This document shows, one piece after another, positions 29,340 to 41,462 of a stretch of DNA of 64,000 nucleotides. The position numbers and the translations under genes are program-made. A model generated the notes under the pieces. The model ran no database searches. It saw nothing but the letters and a program-made list of their open reading frames with translations, and had not been told where the DNA came from. This DNA comes from Balanoglossus misakiensis (taxonomy: Eukaryota > Animalia > Hemichordata): the NCBI GenBank assembly GCA_040954595.2, contig CM082596.2:8133024-8197023 (forward strand), written 5' to 3'. Every line of letters starts with the position of its first letter. Positions within the stretch are counted from its first letter, which is position 1.

Positions 29340-31992
29340 GGCACATGCAGCAAATACATTTATCACCAGTTCACAACATATGGTTGATCACACTGTCACT
29401 GACCATAACACATTGTGCCATTGCTCTGAATGCGGTCAACCTCAAAAAACCCAAAACCTTATGATTCATTTGCATATCTCTTTCATATTAAGTATATTAA
29501 CACAGGTCTCCCAAAATTCCAGTCCATCAACTCTTGTTCTGATCACAGGAGACACAAGATGTATAATAATTCATTAACATGAAAAATTAATGTCCCTTTT
29601 CTATCATCAAACTGCTGAAAAACTGAGGAAAGCAAAGGTGATGTACTGTACACGTATGATATACTATTTCATTCCCAAGTTCATAAGATCAAAAGGTTCT
29701 ATTTTAGTTTCAAGTATATTATTTCTGGAGCTCCCACCCACCTGAATACTCAAAGCTAAGTATAACTGAATTGATTGACTGCTCATGTTACTGTACTTGT
29801 GCAGTTCTATCAGATGCAACTTTCGGCTATTTTCTAGTACAGTCAAACCTGTCTTAATGGCCACCTCTATTACCAGCACTTTCATCTCTTGGCATATGCC
29901 CTGTAGTTCAATGACACAGCACATTAATTTTGAAAGATTAATTAAAAAATCCCATGAGCATTCATGCTGTGTGTATGCATCTATTGCTTGAAAGAATATC
30001 TAAATTTGAGCCTTAATAAGTCCATCGGCTTTTACAAGCCTGTAATCTGACAGAAAAGTCAATTTAGAGATTAACATTGACAAAGAAATTATTGACTCAG
30101 AGGTAGTAGCAGAAAAATCATTTTCCTATATTTTGCATCTTTACTCGTACAACGTATTACCAGTTGCTTTTGCCATTTCTCAATTTAAATGTAGTGCAAC
30201 AGACATTTTATTATTTACACCTTTTTTTTTCAAAGTAAACAAACAGCTACTAGTATCTAATTGAACCCGCATCATTACTACAGAAAAGATGGGAGCATAT
30301 TTCAACTGCCATGCAAGATGTACTGTCATGTCATTTCTTATGTAATACAGCCTATCCATAAATTAACTTTCCTGGTGTGTGGGATGCCATCGAAAACATT
30401 TTCTACTCAAGCTCCGCTAGGGGCGTGAGCACCAATATTCTAAATGAATTGGAAAATATCAATTGTTGCTTCGAGGCCAGGTTGCTTGGACTGTTGGTAA
30501 GGAAACTGGATGAAGTGACTGGCTAAAAACCTCAAGAAGAATTCATTACATGGTGGCATGATGGAAAAATACACTCCTATGCCTAAAAATAGAAAACCAA
30601 GATCACTTGATCATTTGCATAATTTACATCAGTGTGTGTCCTCATAAATTTGACGCAAAGTGATGAAACGTGTATATCTATGAATTTGAATAATTCAGCA
30701 TGTTAACTTTTTTCTGCTATTTACGATTACATAATAAGTTATCCTACATGACTATGCCTCAAGTATTCCTTGATATCTGTCTGTTGTAATCTCATCTATC
30801 TATTGAGGGGGGAGGGGGTAATCCATGTGAACTGAGAGGAGGGAGGGGGTGAATCCATGTTTCTCTAGGGGAGGGATTGGGGACAAAAGTAACCAAAGGC
30901 ACTTTACAACAATCCAGTAAATGTCTGGTCAGCAGTGAAGGTTCTAATCCTCAGATGGAAACAGAGACACGCCAGCTCGGTAAAGAATGAGTCTGGCACG
31001 GTAATGTGAAAATGTCCAAGCCAGTTTTCACACGTAGCAGGTGTCCAGTGTAAATCACACCCGTGAATCATGACCAGTTGTCAGTATCTTGCAGGTGAAA
31101 GGTCATCACAGCGATCACTCAAGAGTGATGTACAGAAAACGACTTCATCGGTGGGGAATTCAGTGGCAGTTCAAGATCAACCGACTTAAAATCGCCATTT
31201 TTTTAATTGTCTCACAAACCTGATAATTATTTTACCTTGAATGAGAATGATTATCATCTGACCACCTTTGATGTCATTAATATCTTCACAGATATTATTT
31301 TAGTTAATGACATGATTTAAGAAGACTGTCATGAACCTACACTATGTTTTATTAATTTGATTTATCGTGATGTCTTAGTAATTTTATTTGTTTTGGAGGT
31401 CTCTCTTAAACATGACCGAATTCCACCTTTCATTATTATACACTACTCAATCATCACAACTTGCCCAATTCATGTGAACTGCACATCGACAGAAAATATG
31501 TCTTTGACAGAAATGATCTCTAATGAGCTTGATTAATTAAGAAGCAATGTTTGAACTGTCCTGTTGCTAGCACACGCAACAGTGACAACATGTATAATTG
31601 ATGATTCATAATCATAAATGGGACGGCGCGGCGTTTGTCATACCAATGCACCAACTGGGAGGGGTCAAAGTTCAGAATATGTAACCATAGTTGCAATTTC
31701 ATCTTCAGCTTCTTCAAACAAGTGTCAATTTCCGACATACTATACACTGCTCATATCCCATTTTTTTTTGCATACAGATGCATTTAGTCTACAAGGCCAT
31801 ACACTATGAATTCATGATCATTGCACAAAAGCATCCAAATTTTAAAGATGCATGATCCTGGTTCACAGTTCGTATAAGACACACTACATGTAGATAAAAC
31901 AGCAAACAGTGTTAAACTATAAAGCAGTCAGTCAACTATATCTGGGTACCATTTTTGCTGTACACATTATGTCTTCACTGCAAAATGATTAA

Positions 31993-32178
31993 CCCTTTAA
32001 CCTTTTAACACCATATTTTTCACTGTCAAAATGTGGTGCAATATTTTTATCATTTTCACTCTTTTCCCTATTTTCCCCCTTAATTCTAGACCACTGCTTG
32101 ATCAAATTTTTAGGGAAAAAATATGGTACGAGTTATTTTTGTGAAACATATGACAAATTGACTATAGCGTCCAAAGGG
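31993..32178. mobile_element. piggyBac-like non-autonomous element
   Basis: TTAA-CCCTTT...AAAGGG-TTAA. Confidence 0.55.
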
Positions 32179-33951
32179 TTAATATTAGTTACAGGTACAT
32201 GTAGCTCTGGTCTAATTTTTAGGGAAATTTTGAAAACCAGTGTTTCATTCCAATGCTGGAGAAGAGGGCTTTACATCCCTGGTGCTACTTTATATGTAGA
32301 TTTGGAATCATTATGAGAGGATTTTATTTTTACAAAATCTCACTTTTTATTGCTTGACAGGTGATGTCATAAAGCCTACAACCCAATAACCTACATTATA
32401 AATACAATGTACTAAAGAATAATCCGATATCTTTTTTGATATATTAAATAATAATACCACACTTCAAATGCTACAAGGACTTAGCCTTAAAAAGCAAAAA
32501 TGTTTCTTGGTGAAGGTCTGGCACATTTTTGATGCCATAAAGTTATTAAGTGTTAGAATCAAACTTTGTGTACAAATAAATGTGAATCTGGTGAAAGACA
32601 ATTCACTGAATGTTAAAAAAAAGTTGGCTGTACAGTAGTTAGGTTAAAGATCGGTGAACTTTCATACAATTGTAGACAGCGTCAGCCCACATCTGATATC
32701 AGTATGCAATATCAATCATGTAAAATATCATACGTTAGTCCTACAAGCCTGAACCAAGTTAGTGGCTCCGTGAGCAAACTTGCTTGATATGCAAGTTAGT
32801 GCGATAGGTCTGGGTTAGAATCATGTAAAATACAAGTCGACGTTCTATCCCCACATGAGTGACTGAAGAACATGGACTTTCAATGATTGGAATGGCAGAA
32901 AGTCATACTTGTTATGTTTTTCTCATCGATACTACACCACATCCAACAAATACCTGTAATCAACTTCGTTGGACCAGTGCTCTGTTTTAAATCAACATTA
33001 TAAGAAACTCCTTGTGATGCAATAACTGGAAATTTTTAAAATTACACATAAATTTGCTGTAATCATCGAATAGACTAAGACATAAACACAGACATGAGCA
33101 TTCCTTGTCATTATTAAACAATTTGCAGTTTGACAGTCATACAACAGGTGTCACAAGTATTTGACAGCAAAGTTAATGCAAACACACACACATACACCTA
33201 CACACACATGCAAACTTGTATAATAGAACATATACTTCGTCCATAGCCGTTTGATGAAGACATCAACCTACTGCCTAATTATATATAATAAATATATATA
33301 TTTAAAGAAGATTAAAAATGATTATAGTTTTGTGATTATTTTCAATGAATAAAAAAAAACAATTTACAAAAATAAATGCACATTTGATCACTGTCAATGT
33401 CTTGACACATTAACATGCAATCCCTAATAAGACACCACATTTCTACATCGATGAAACTAGTGCCACCCCACTCACACCATCGAGAAACATCAAACATTTG
33501 GTGCATAATTCAATCATACTTTATAAATAGCAACAAATAAACATGCACAGATAAGCAGTAAAATGTAATTACTATAGATGTTGGTGATTTGGACAATACC
33601 GTCGCATCCTTTACCATAGCAACGGTCAATACTACAAGCAGGTGTATTTGCTGAAAATTAACAATGTCGCCACAGAACTTCCCTATTCAGTTTCCAACAA
33701 TTCAAAATCACTATAAAAAACAGGATTTTCCGTCAGAGCTGCTATTTAAGATGTTATTTTACAAAGTGAGGATCTGGAACCACAAATTCTGCAGACAAAT
33801 ATGAAACTTGACAAAAATTAATCTTCACCACCAACCCACTTCAACTACTTGTGGGTGTGCACAATAAACTCAACAGCCACATAGCCATCTTTATTATTCC
33901 CAAGTTGCCTGTCATGACAATGTTGTAATTTCCCCCAAAATTTCATCCTAC

Positions 33952-35232
33952 CTGTCGGATGTAGCTGTTTGAGCTCGTGTCCGAAAAGCTCCCATCTGAT
34001 CGCTTGAATTTGCCCTTTCGACGTGCTCCCCTCGCTACCGGCTGAGAATAAAGTAAGGACAACAAAATATAACCACAGTCATGATGTATCACAACGTCCG
34101 AAAGCTATTTTGATATCGCCCGGTGAAAATAAATAATTTATGCGTTCGACATGGGAGTTTCTGACACCCAGATGACGAGTTTTATATAATGACAACCCTT
34201 CCATACATTTCAACTTGACATCAGTGGCCTTGCATTTCGTGGGACACAGTTTGTGTGGCGGCTGATGCTAATTTTCTGAGGAAAACAAATCGTCTACTGC
34301 ACTGAAGAAGCAGATCACGGATGGCTCGCATACGTCGCATTCCTCGGCCAAATATCGCCAAAATTAAAAACCGTGTACCCAATCTGCCCTATGACAGGTA
34401 AAGACAGTTCATTTCACCAGCAATACCACTCGGGTTTTGTCAATATTATCGTAGATGTGTCATTTTAACGGAGAAAATGCTTTGTATTGGTATTTGGGTG
34501 CATTCGTGAGAAACAAACATGGCGGCGATGTGTGCATTGTGGGACGACACTCACTTGAGTGCTGTCCCAATAACATCCGAATTTGTGACACTCGATCAAA
34601 GTATACAAAGTCCTATAATTCAGTCTTTATAGTTCCAAAAAAAATTACTTTCGTGTTCGATCATCTCTGGGTTTCTCACATACACATCACAAATACGGAA
34701 GTTTCCCCTAACATCAGGTTGTTTCTGTCATACTGTGTTACGTGAGCCAGGCTCTCTTAGATCAACCGGTCTACTTCCTGTGATAAAGATCGTTCCTCTC
34801 CCATCCAGCGAGGGGAGTTTTCTTTGATATCGAGTGTAAACACTTTCCACATCTACCAAGGAAAGGTTCGTTGATCAAAATGTCTCCTGATCTGGTCTGG
34901 CGAGATCATTCCAAGGCTATTTACCACTAGTTGTAGATGCCAGACTACGTCTTGTCAACTGGCTAATCGCGTGTGCTTGTCACTTTCACTAGAAGCAAAT
35001 CTTGCAACATTTTGCAACAGTGTATCGCGTTTGTGTACAACTCGCCATTGATGAAATTGACATAAATACGACATAATGTACACACACCCCCGTCTACGAA
35101 AATCGTCAAACTTACTAAATCGGACAAAGATAATTCTTATTTTAATCAAAAACACACAAGTTTACGTACCTGGGTATGATTCGGCACGACGTCGGTCTCG
35201 TAGTCTCGAAGGTTAGCGGGCGACCGCGCCAT
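33952..35232 (-). CDS. CACNB: Voltage-gated calcium channel beta subunit, 5' part (exons 1-2); gene continues beyond the window start
   Basis: Exon 35170-35232 (aaaaacATGg; MARSPANLRDYETDVVPNHTQ|gtacgt) splices to exon 33952-34041 (PVARGARRKGKFKRSDGSFSDTSSNSYIRQ|gtagga). This matches the conserved CaV-beta N-terminal motif (vertebrate beta1 [25 protein letters not shown]) and ends at the RQ|GS phase-0 junction. An in-frame ATG also lies at 35253. The next exon (GSA.S..., SH3) is not in the window. Confidence 0.9.
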
Positions 35233-36510
35233 GTTTTTCGTAGGGCCTTTCATCCATGAGTTAGAGCATATTTCTGTGTGTTGTCTGTGGAATCAGCTGT
35301 GTCGAAGAACGCGAAGATTATACGCCGAAAATCTTCAAATTTGATGCCTATTGCACATTGAAAATATACTTGGAATGTGTTGTCGGGATGATATGAACGT
35401 ACGGCGCAGATGGTAATAGTCGAATACAGGCATCGAATTACCGGAATATCCCAATTAACATAAACGCAAGGGGATGGCCTTCGTGGATGGAGACTTAAAA
35501 TCCCTCTTAAAGTCGAGGTATTGTGTTATATATATCAACAAAGGACTTTTTAATATGACACAATACAACAAGGAGAAAACAAAACAATAATTTATGCGCG
35601 ATAACGGAAAGCGAGAGTCATCAATTGACGGCCTCACCCAGTGCATACAATGGGTACTGCTCACACCTGCAAACGTCATTCCAATCAGAGCGGGCAATTG
35701 ATTGGTCGAGAATCAATCGGGTATTTGCCGAAGGTCTTCGTGAAAGTTCGGATTATCCCTGTTATCCCACTGGGAACAAATAATGCGGGATAGGCAGCGA
35801 TATTTATTTCACTTCCTATCCAAACAACGCCACGCGCCCTGCGTTCAAAGATGCCAGTTTGACAGCCAAGCTAATATGTCATGTCGCTGTTGAAATGCAA
35901 TACCATTTCGCCCAACGGGAAAGGCATGGAGTACATTCCCAGTGCGCAAATCCGGCTACAGTTTTCCGTGGGGAGAAGGGGGGGGGGGGGAGTTATAACG
36001 TTATATTAATATTTTGTGGCGTGAACATTTTATCAACATTTGCATTAATATCATTTCTCCATAGAACAAAGCATCCACGTAGAGTAGAGTTACGTATATA
36101 CGTGTTGATATGGACACACGTGCGTTTACACTGAGTATAAAGATTCGTTGTCAATTTCATCTAAAAAAATCTGCCATATGTGCTAAAACCGGCGCTATTT
36201 GGTGTTTTCAAAACATAAACACAAAAATGTATTCCCAAACTACGTTTTCAGTGGACGCCTCGACAAAGACATCGAAAAACTTCACTAAACTATCTTTCCA
36301 CTGCAGTCAAGAAACTTATTGCAAGGGTGGTGATCTTAGAGAATATTCATCACACACAAAATTTATTGAAGTGATAAATATTTGAATTTTCTATTGTTTT
36401 TAAATATTTTTGTTATTCAAAACGGACCACTAAACCGCAAAATTCACGCGTCGCTACGCATACGCGAACGCCACTGCCTGCCGTCAGACGTACGCGTATT
36501 TACGTGTAAC
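35233..36510 (-). promoter_or_regulatory. CpG-rich 5' UTR/promoter region of CACNB
   Basis: Marked local CpG enrichment from about 34.9 to 36.5 kb around exon 1; CCAAT/ATTGG pair at about 35680-35705. Confidence 0.45.
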
Positions 36511-36979
36511 TAAACCTCTCTATTAACCCAGAGACGCCCTCTTTGGTTCGTTCATACACTTTAAACCCACCCCCTCCATTCTTCGCCACACTGCATTTAT
36601 TCGCTGGTTTGTCTCGTGTACCAGGGCAGACTTCTTGCCACCCCACCCCGATGCTTACTTTGAGTGGAGTGGCAAAATTAAAATTTGTCCTCCCTAACAT
36701 TGAGTTAATTTGCTTTTGAGTTCATTAAAATGCAACTTTGAGTACCGTATTTTACAAAATTTTCTTATGTGGGAGGGGGACACCCCCTCCAACGCCCACC
36801 CCCGCCACTTTTCTTGTTTTACCAAATCTAACAACTATTGTATTGACTTGTCATTTTAATTTGTTCATAGATTTCTTTATTGCAACGATTTACCATTATA
36901 TACTTCAATTAATTTAAGAAATTTACAATTGAGGTGTGAGGAGCCTCATTCCCTTTATTACATACATTGTACATAGGAT

Positions 36980-37156
36980 CAGGACGGCAAATGTTTTCGG
37001 CGTGGGGGGGGGTGTCATCATATTTTTTGGTCTGTCAAAGGGGGGGGGGTCATCATTTTTTGGTCCTGGGTGAAGGGGGTCGGTCTGATTTTGAAAACCT
37101 ATGACACAAACTTGCCGCCCCCCCCCCCCCCCTGCCGTAAAAACTGAACGGTCCCT
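36980..37156. mobile_element. Harbinger-like MITE remnant with G/C-run subterminal tracts
   Basis: Intact right end ...TGAACGGTCCCT-TAA preceded by a poly-C tract; degenerate left end with poly-G tracts. Confidence 0.45.
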
Positions 37157-38229
37157 TAATCAAGGTCGCGTGTTTTATTTGTCATTAAATCAAAGCTATG
37201 GAGAAAATACTGAAGCTGTCAATACTAAAACAACAAATTGTGAGATCAAGGACTCATGAAACAGGACTGACTTCTCTTATTTTACAATAAAACGGCAAAA
37301 AATGCATAGCACCTGAATTTACATTTATATGCAAAGTTTAAAATTAGCATTTGAATAGCCTTATAAATCATATGCAAATGTTCCTGGGCGTCGCAAGACG
37401 GTCAACAATAGTCACACCACAACGTTATTTCCTTACTTTATGGAAATCAGTAAAACTAAAGCATTGATAAATCACTAGTAACCGTGAGTACATGTACGTA
37501 TACAACGTGAAACAGCACAGTTTCTAGACGCGGCTTCCAGACAAGTACAACATGAGATACGGCAAAGCTTCCAAGTCGGTGAGGAACGGAACACAGCTCC
37601 CACACAGACCAGTCAAAATTAGCAAAGACGGCACAACGTGGCAACGTGCACGCTTTTATACGAGAAAAGTAATGAATGCATCACACCTGGTCACGTAAAT
37701 ATTCAAATTACTAAAGTAAACAATAAACACACATGGTCACGAAAACAATAGCAAACTTAACCTACATAACAGAGGGCGCTCCGGCAATACCCACATTTCC
37801 ATTTTAATGGGGGTCAGTCACTTTTGATAACGTTACCACAAAATAGAATTCCATGGTCTTTCATTATGTTTTGGAAGGCTATTTTTTAACCTTTGGTGAC
37901 GCTCTTCACAATTACGCTGTTGTTTTCCATCAGTTACCACAGTTACCAGTGGTTCACTCGAACCCGAAACCGAACCTGAATCTGAAGCCGAGTCCAATCG
38001 TCTTTAGCCGGAAGTCTAATTTGTTCGTACACACGTGTGCTCGTGCAACCGGCATTACACTCTGTGTCCAGTTGTTGCTGGTTGAAAGGAATTCGATGGA
38101 TGAGCACATAATTGCATGGATGTCAAGTACCCTGCACCAGGTAGGTAGGGGCGATACGAAACCCACCCAGCGCGGTGATCGTGACATAAACTCATCAGAA
38201 TCTGAATAGACATGTACATTGTATTAACT

Positions 38230-38349
38230 TTGCTGCAGTTTGCAGCCCCTCCATCTCCCCTGGACGATTTTTGGTTTTGCGGGGAGAGGGCTCTCCCCGC
38301 AAAACCAAAAATCGTCCAGGGGAGATGGAGGGGCTGCAAACTGCAGCAA
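38230..38349. mobile_element. Perfect 120-bp palindromic foldback MITE with 9-bp TSD (Mutator-like)
   Basis: 59-bp arms with no mismatch and a 2-nt GG centre; GTATTAACT directly repeated at 38221-38229 and 38350-38358. Confidence 0.85.
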
Positions 38350-38569
38350 GTATTAACTCTACTCTAGCGTGGTATATACATGTACACATGTTGGTTTGCG
38401 GGGTTACAAACCATCTGACAAACCTCGAGTAACTGAACCCATCCAGCGCATGGGACCAGCTGCACAGTTCAGTAGCTCGACGGTTTGCTAGTTCAGTAGT
38501 CGATGTTTTTTTAGGGGGATCAGGCGGCAAAACCAGACAATTGACCAATACTCACAGCTCTGATTGTGT

Positions 38570-38797
38570 TATTTGTTTACGAATACATACGTGGAGTGAA
38601 CAGCAATGAATTACAATGACAGTTTTGTTTGTTTATAGCTGGTAGTAGTATATTCAAACTCTTAGTGCCTCCATGCGCTTATCATTGAATATACATGCTG
38701 ACAAAAACAAACAGGCTATTTAACTGGTGTTTACTCTACATTTGTAAACAAACAAACTAACAAATAACACAATTGGAGCCCCAGCACCCTCTGCTAG
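38570..38797 (+). promoter_or_regulatory. Putative TTC9C promoter/non-coding exon with forkhead-motif cluster
   Basis: TGTTTAC (38574, 38728), TGTTTAT (38630), GTAAACA (38744) and AAACAAACA runs. Donor AG|gtaaca at 38798 could pair with acceptor ttactag| at 39064 (5' UTR intron). Confidence 0.45.
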
Positions 38798-39110
38798 GTA
38801 ACACTGATTTGATGTGGCGTGCCTTGTGCAAGGCCATTTATCTGTGGTCGTGTTTTGATTGTGACAATGCTGTTCTTGTTCGGAAGGACACCCACACTAC
38901 ACCCGAGAACCACCAAGACAGAGAATAGAACAGCCAAGACGGAGAGAACAGAATTCCATTCTATTTTGAAAGGTACAAGATAGATAAGTACGTGTAACAT
39001 ATATGCTGGCTGCCTGATGCAGTATATTCTTCTAACCACTCGAATTGCTTCTTTGATTTACTAGGTTTGAAAATAAGAGTCAGAGATAGATAGTTCCGGC
39101 ATATATATAT

Positions 39111-40577
39111 ATGTCATCTGATTTAATGATGGAGAGAGGTGGTTTGGAAGATGGGAGAGGAGATGGAGACAACAGTACTGCCTCAAACAAGAACGCTAAA
39201 TTGACTGTCAGCGAGAGAATACTAACAGCCGAAAAATACAAAACTGATGGAAACGAATTTTACAAAGAGGAAAACTACAGAGCAGCAATTGGGAAGTATC
39301 ACAGAGGATTATTGTACTTGAGAGACCTTGGAGACAAAACAAGCGGATTAGGGGAATTACTCAGTGGATATATAACGCAAAGTAAAGCCAGTTCAGCCGA
39401 TGATGGCAGTGGAATATCAGATGAACAAATGCAGGAGGCTTTAGAACTTCAGGTGAAATTGTACAACAATCTAGCAGGTATGTATCAGTGTTGCGGACAT
39501 TTCATTATGTTGTCTGTGTACTGTAAAACGGGGAAATTTTCGTTATATCAAAAGAGGCAACTTACCGTTACGCAACGATTAATTTTCGCGTTCTCGTATT
39601 TCTCTTCATCGGTATCTCCGAAAAACACTTTTATGCGACTTTTTATTTTCACGTTTTTTTTTATCTCGCGAAGTTAGCGAAAATTTCAGTCAGAGGGTCT
39701 GCACAAGCACCCTACCCAAAATTTATTGCATAATAATTCAGATGCTGTGAATGACGTTCAAATGAGTGTTATTTGCATTTCTCAACAGCTTGTCTCTTGA
39801 AAGGTTCCAATCCAAACTATGAGAAGATTGCTCACTATTGCAACTGTGTATTGACACGGGAGCCCGACAATGCCAAGGCATTGTACAGAAGGGGTATGGC
39901 TCTCTATCACATGAAGGCGTATGATGATTCAAGAGAATGTTTACTCAAAGCAAAGAGTCTGTATAAAGGTGCAGTAGGTAGGTAGTGGCAATCCTGTTTT
40001 CTTGGGGTTTTGTTTTGTTTGTTCCAGTGGCTGAAGTCTTGGGGAGGAAGGGCTGATAAATCGGGACTCAGGTATTTGTCTGACCCCAGCCATTACCCGG
40101 GCATCTTAAACTTTTGACCATCACGTCTCAGGAAAATACTGTAAAACACTTTATTTTCGTGAGTTAAAATTTTTGCGATATCGAGAGAGGCCACTGTTTC
40201 GCGAGTATTAATTTTCGCATTCTCTTATTTCATTCACTGCATCGTTATCTTCAAAAAAAATTACGCGACTTTTTATTTTCACGCTATTTTGGCTCTCGCG
40301 TATTTCGCGAAAATTTATTACTCGCGAAAATAAAGTGTTTTACAGTAATTACAACAATGAACAAGATATTCTGCTACAATTCCATCAGGACTTTGGCAAG
40401 ATGGCAACTGTTTTCACCACTTTTCTCCTTGCAGATCCAAACATCAGAAGATATTTGGATATGTGCAGTGTTGCTTTAAGTAAACAGAAAGCTCAAGAAA
40501 AGGCCAGATATCACGGAATGTTTGATAAAGTTGCCAGCGATGAGGAGCAGTGTGATGAGGATCTTAAAGAAGGTTGA
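39111..40577 (+). CDS. TTC9C: Tetratricopeptide repeat protein 9 family (TTC9C-like), 3 coding exons, 232 aa
   Basis: Exons 39111-39477, 39789-39977, 40435-40577; GT-AG, phases 1/1, 699 nt. Family motifs KTDGNEFYKEENYRAAIGKYHRGLLYL, YNNLAACLL, NYEKIAHYCNCVLTREPDNAKALYRRGMALYHM, DPNIRRYL, EKARYHGMF. Confidence 0.93.
39521..39687. mobile_element. TA-targeting MITE family B, diverged/partial
   Basis: TA-CTGTAAAAC start; CGCGA-rich interior similar to the copy at 40139. Confidence 0.6.
40139..40345. mobile_element. TA-targeting (Tc1/mariner-like) MITE family B
   Basis: TA-CTGTAAAACACTTTATTTTCG...CGAAAATAAAGTGTTTTACAG-TA. Confidence 0.9.
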
Positions 40578-40638
40578 ACCTTCAAGATGGACAGCCAGGA
40601 TATGTCAGTGCATACATCTCATCCTTTCACTATATTAA

Positions 40639-40735
40639 CCCTTACACACACCCCCCCCCCCCCATTTCACTCTGTAGACATCCAACTTTATCATAGAAAA
40701 CAATAGATTTGGACCAAACCATGGTGGTGAAAGGG
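40639..40735. mobile_element. piggyBac-like MITE family C in the TTC9C 3' UTR
   Basis: TTAA-CCCTT...AAGGG-TTAA with family core. Confidence 0.75.
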
Positions 40736-41025
40736 TTAAATCACTCTGTTCTCAATGTTCTTTCAGTGCACTATTCAGTTACTACATGTACTTGGATTTA
40801 TTTTATTAGAAAAAAGTTTTGTTGTTGACAAACCTCGTCTGGGGTATCTTAGACTAATGTTGTTGTTTTAGCATCTGCTTCCGAGCCCACTTAATCAAAG
40901 TAATCTTTTGGCTAACATGTTTTTCTGCCAACAAAAAATGTTCTGTACAACTGTTCTGTTCATTGTATGTCATTGTGATTGTTGATATAGACCTTGAGTT
41001 ATATTTTTGACTTTGAGATTGTTAT

Positions 41026-41031
41026 ATTAAA
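41026..41031 (+). terminator. Putative poly(A) signal of TTC9C (ATTAAA)
   Basis: ATTAAA at the end of a U-rich region about 450 nt after the stop codon. Confidence 0.4.
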
Positions 41032-41156
41032 AGTTTAAAACTAAGAATGTTACCACGCAACCTGCTGTCTCCTGTCGTGACTACAACCCAGATTTGAATC
41101 ACCTTTTTGTAACGCGATCAATGACACTGAACTGAACATGCATGTAAACTTAACAT

Positions 41157-41162
41157 TTTATT
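41157..41162 (-). terminator. Putative poly(A) signal of FANCM (AATAAA)
   Basis: AATAAA on the minus strand about 300 nt after the FANCM stop codon. Confidence 0.5.
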
Positions 41163-41462
41163 TACCGAAAAAATGTGTAATTGTGCCATGATTGTGTGAT
41201 GTCAATGTGTCCCAGTCCGAGGAACAGGTCACCAGGACCATTTTCTCTAAAGTCACAGGAGAGGCAGAGCACTGATGAAATTCTATGACTTCAGTGCATT
41301 TTTCTGGGACAGGCTGACCAATGTATGAGAGGAAATGTATATAGTACATGTACATGTATTGTCTATAACAGGTTGAACTGCATCCACTATGGAGAAACAC
41401 ACACAATAATGTAGTCCGAAGAGATGTTCTGGTTGTGGGTACGCACACCTCTGATGTATTCA

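Noticed and set aside
32755-32885. tRNA/SINE-like segment (also ggttcaagtcc at ~55662)
   Set aside because: Only a B-box-like fragment; no cloverleaf or second copy in the window.
206-33900. Dozens of 60-140 aa ORFs in the ORF track
   Set aside because: No recognisable domains, many non-ATG starts, AT-rich intronic sequence; consistent with chance ORFs inside CACNB intron 2.
37958-37995. Degenerate hexamer repeat (ccgaaa/ctgaat) resembling telomeric or PN-repeat coding sequence
   Set aside because: Too short and degenerate; no supported exon.
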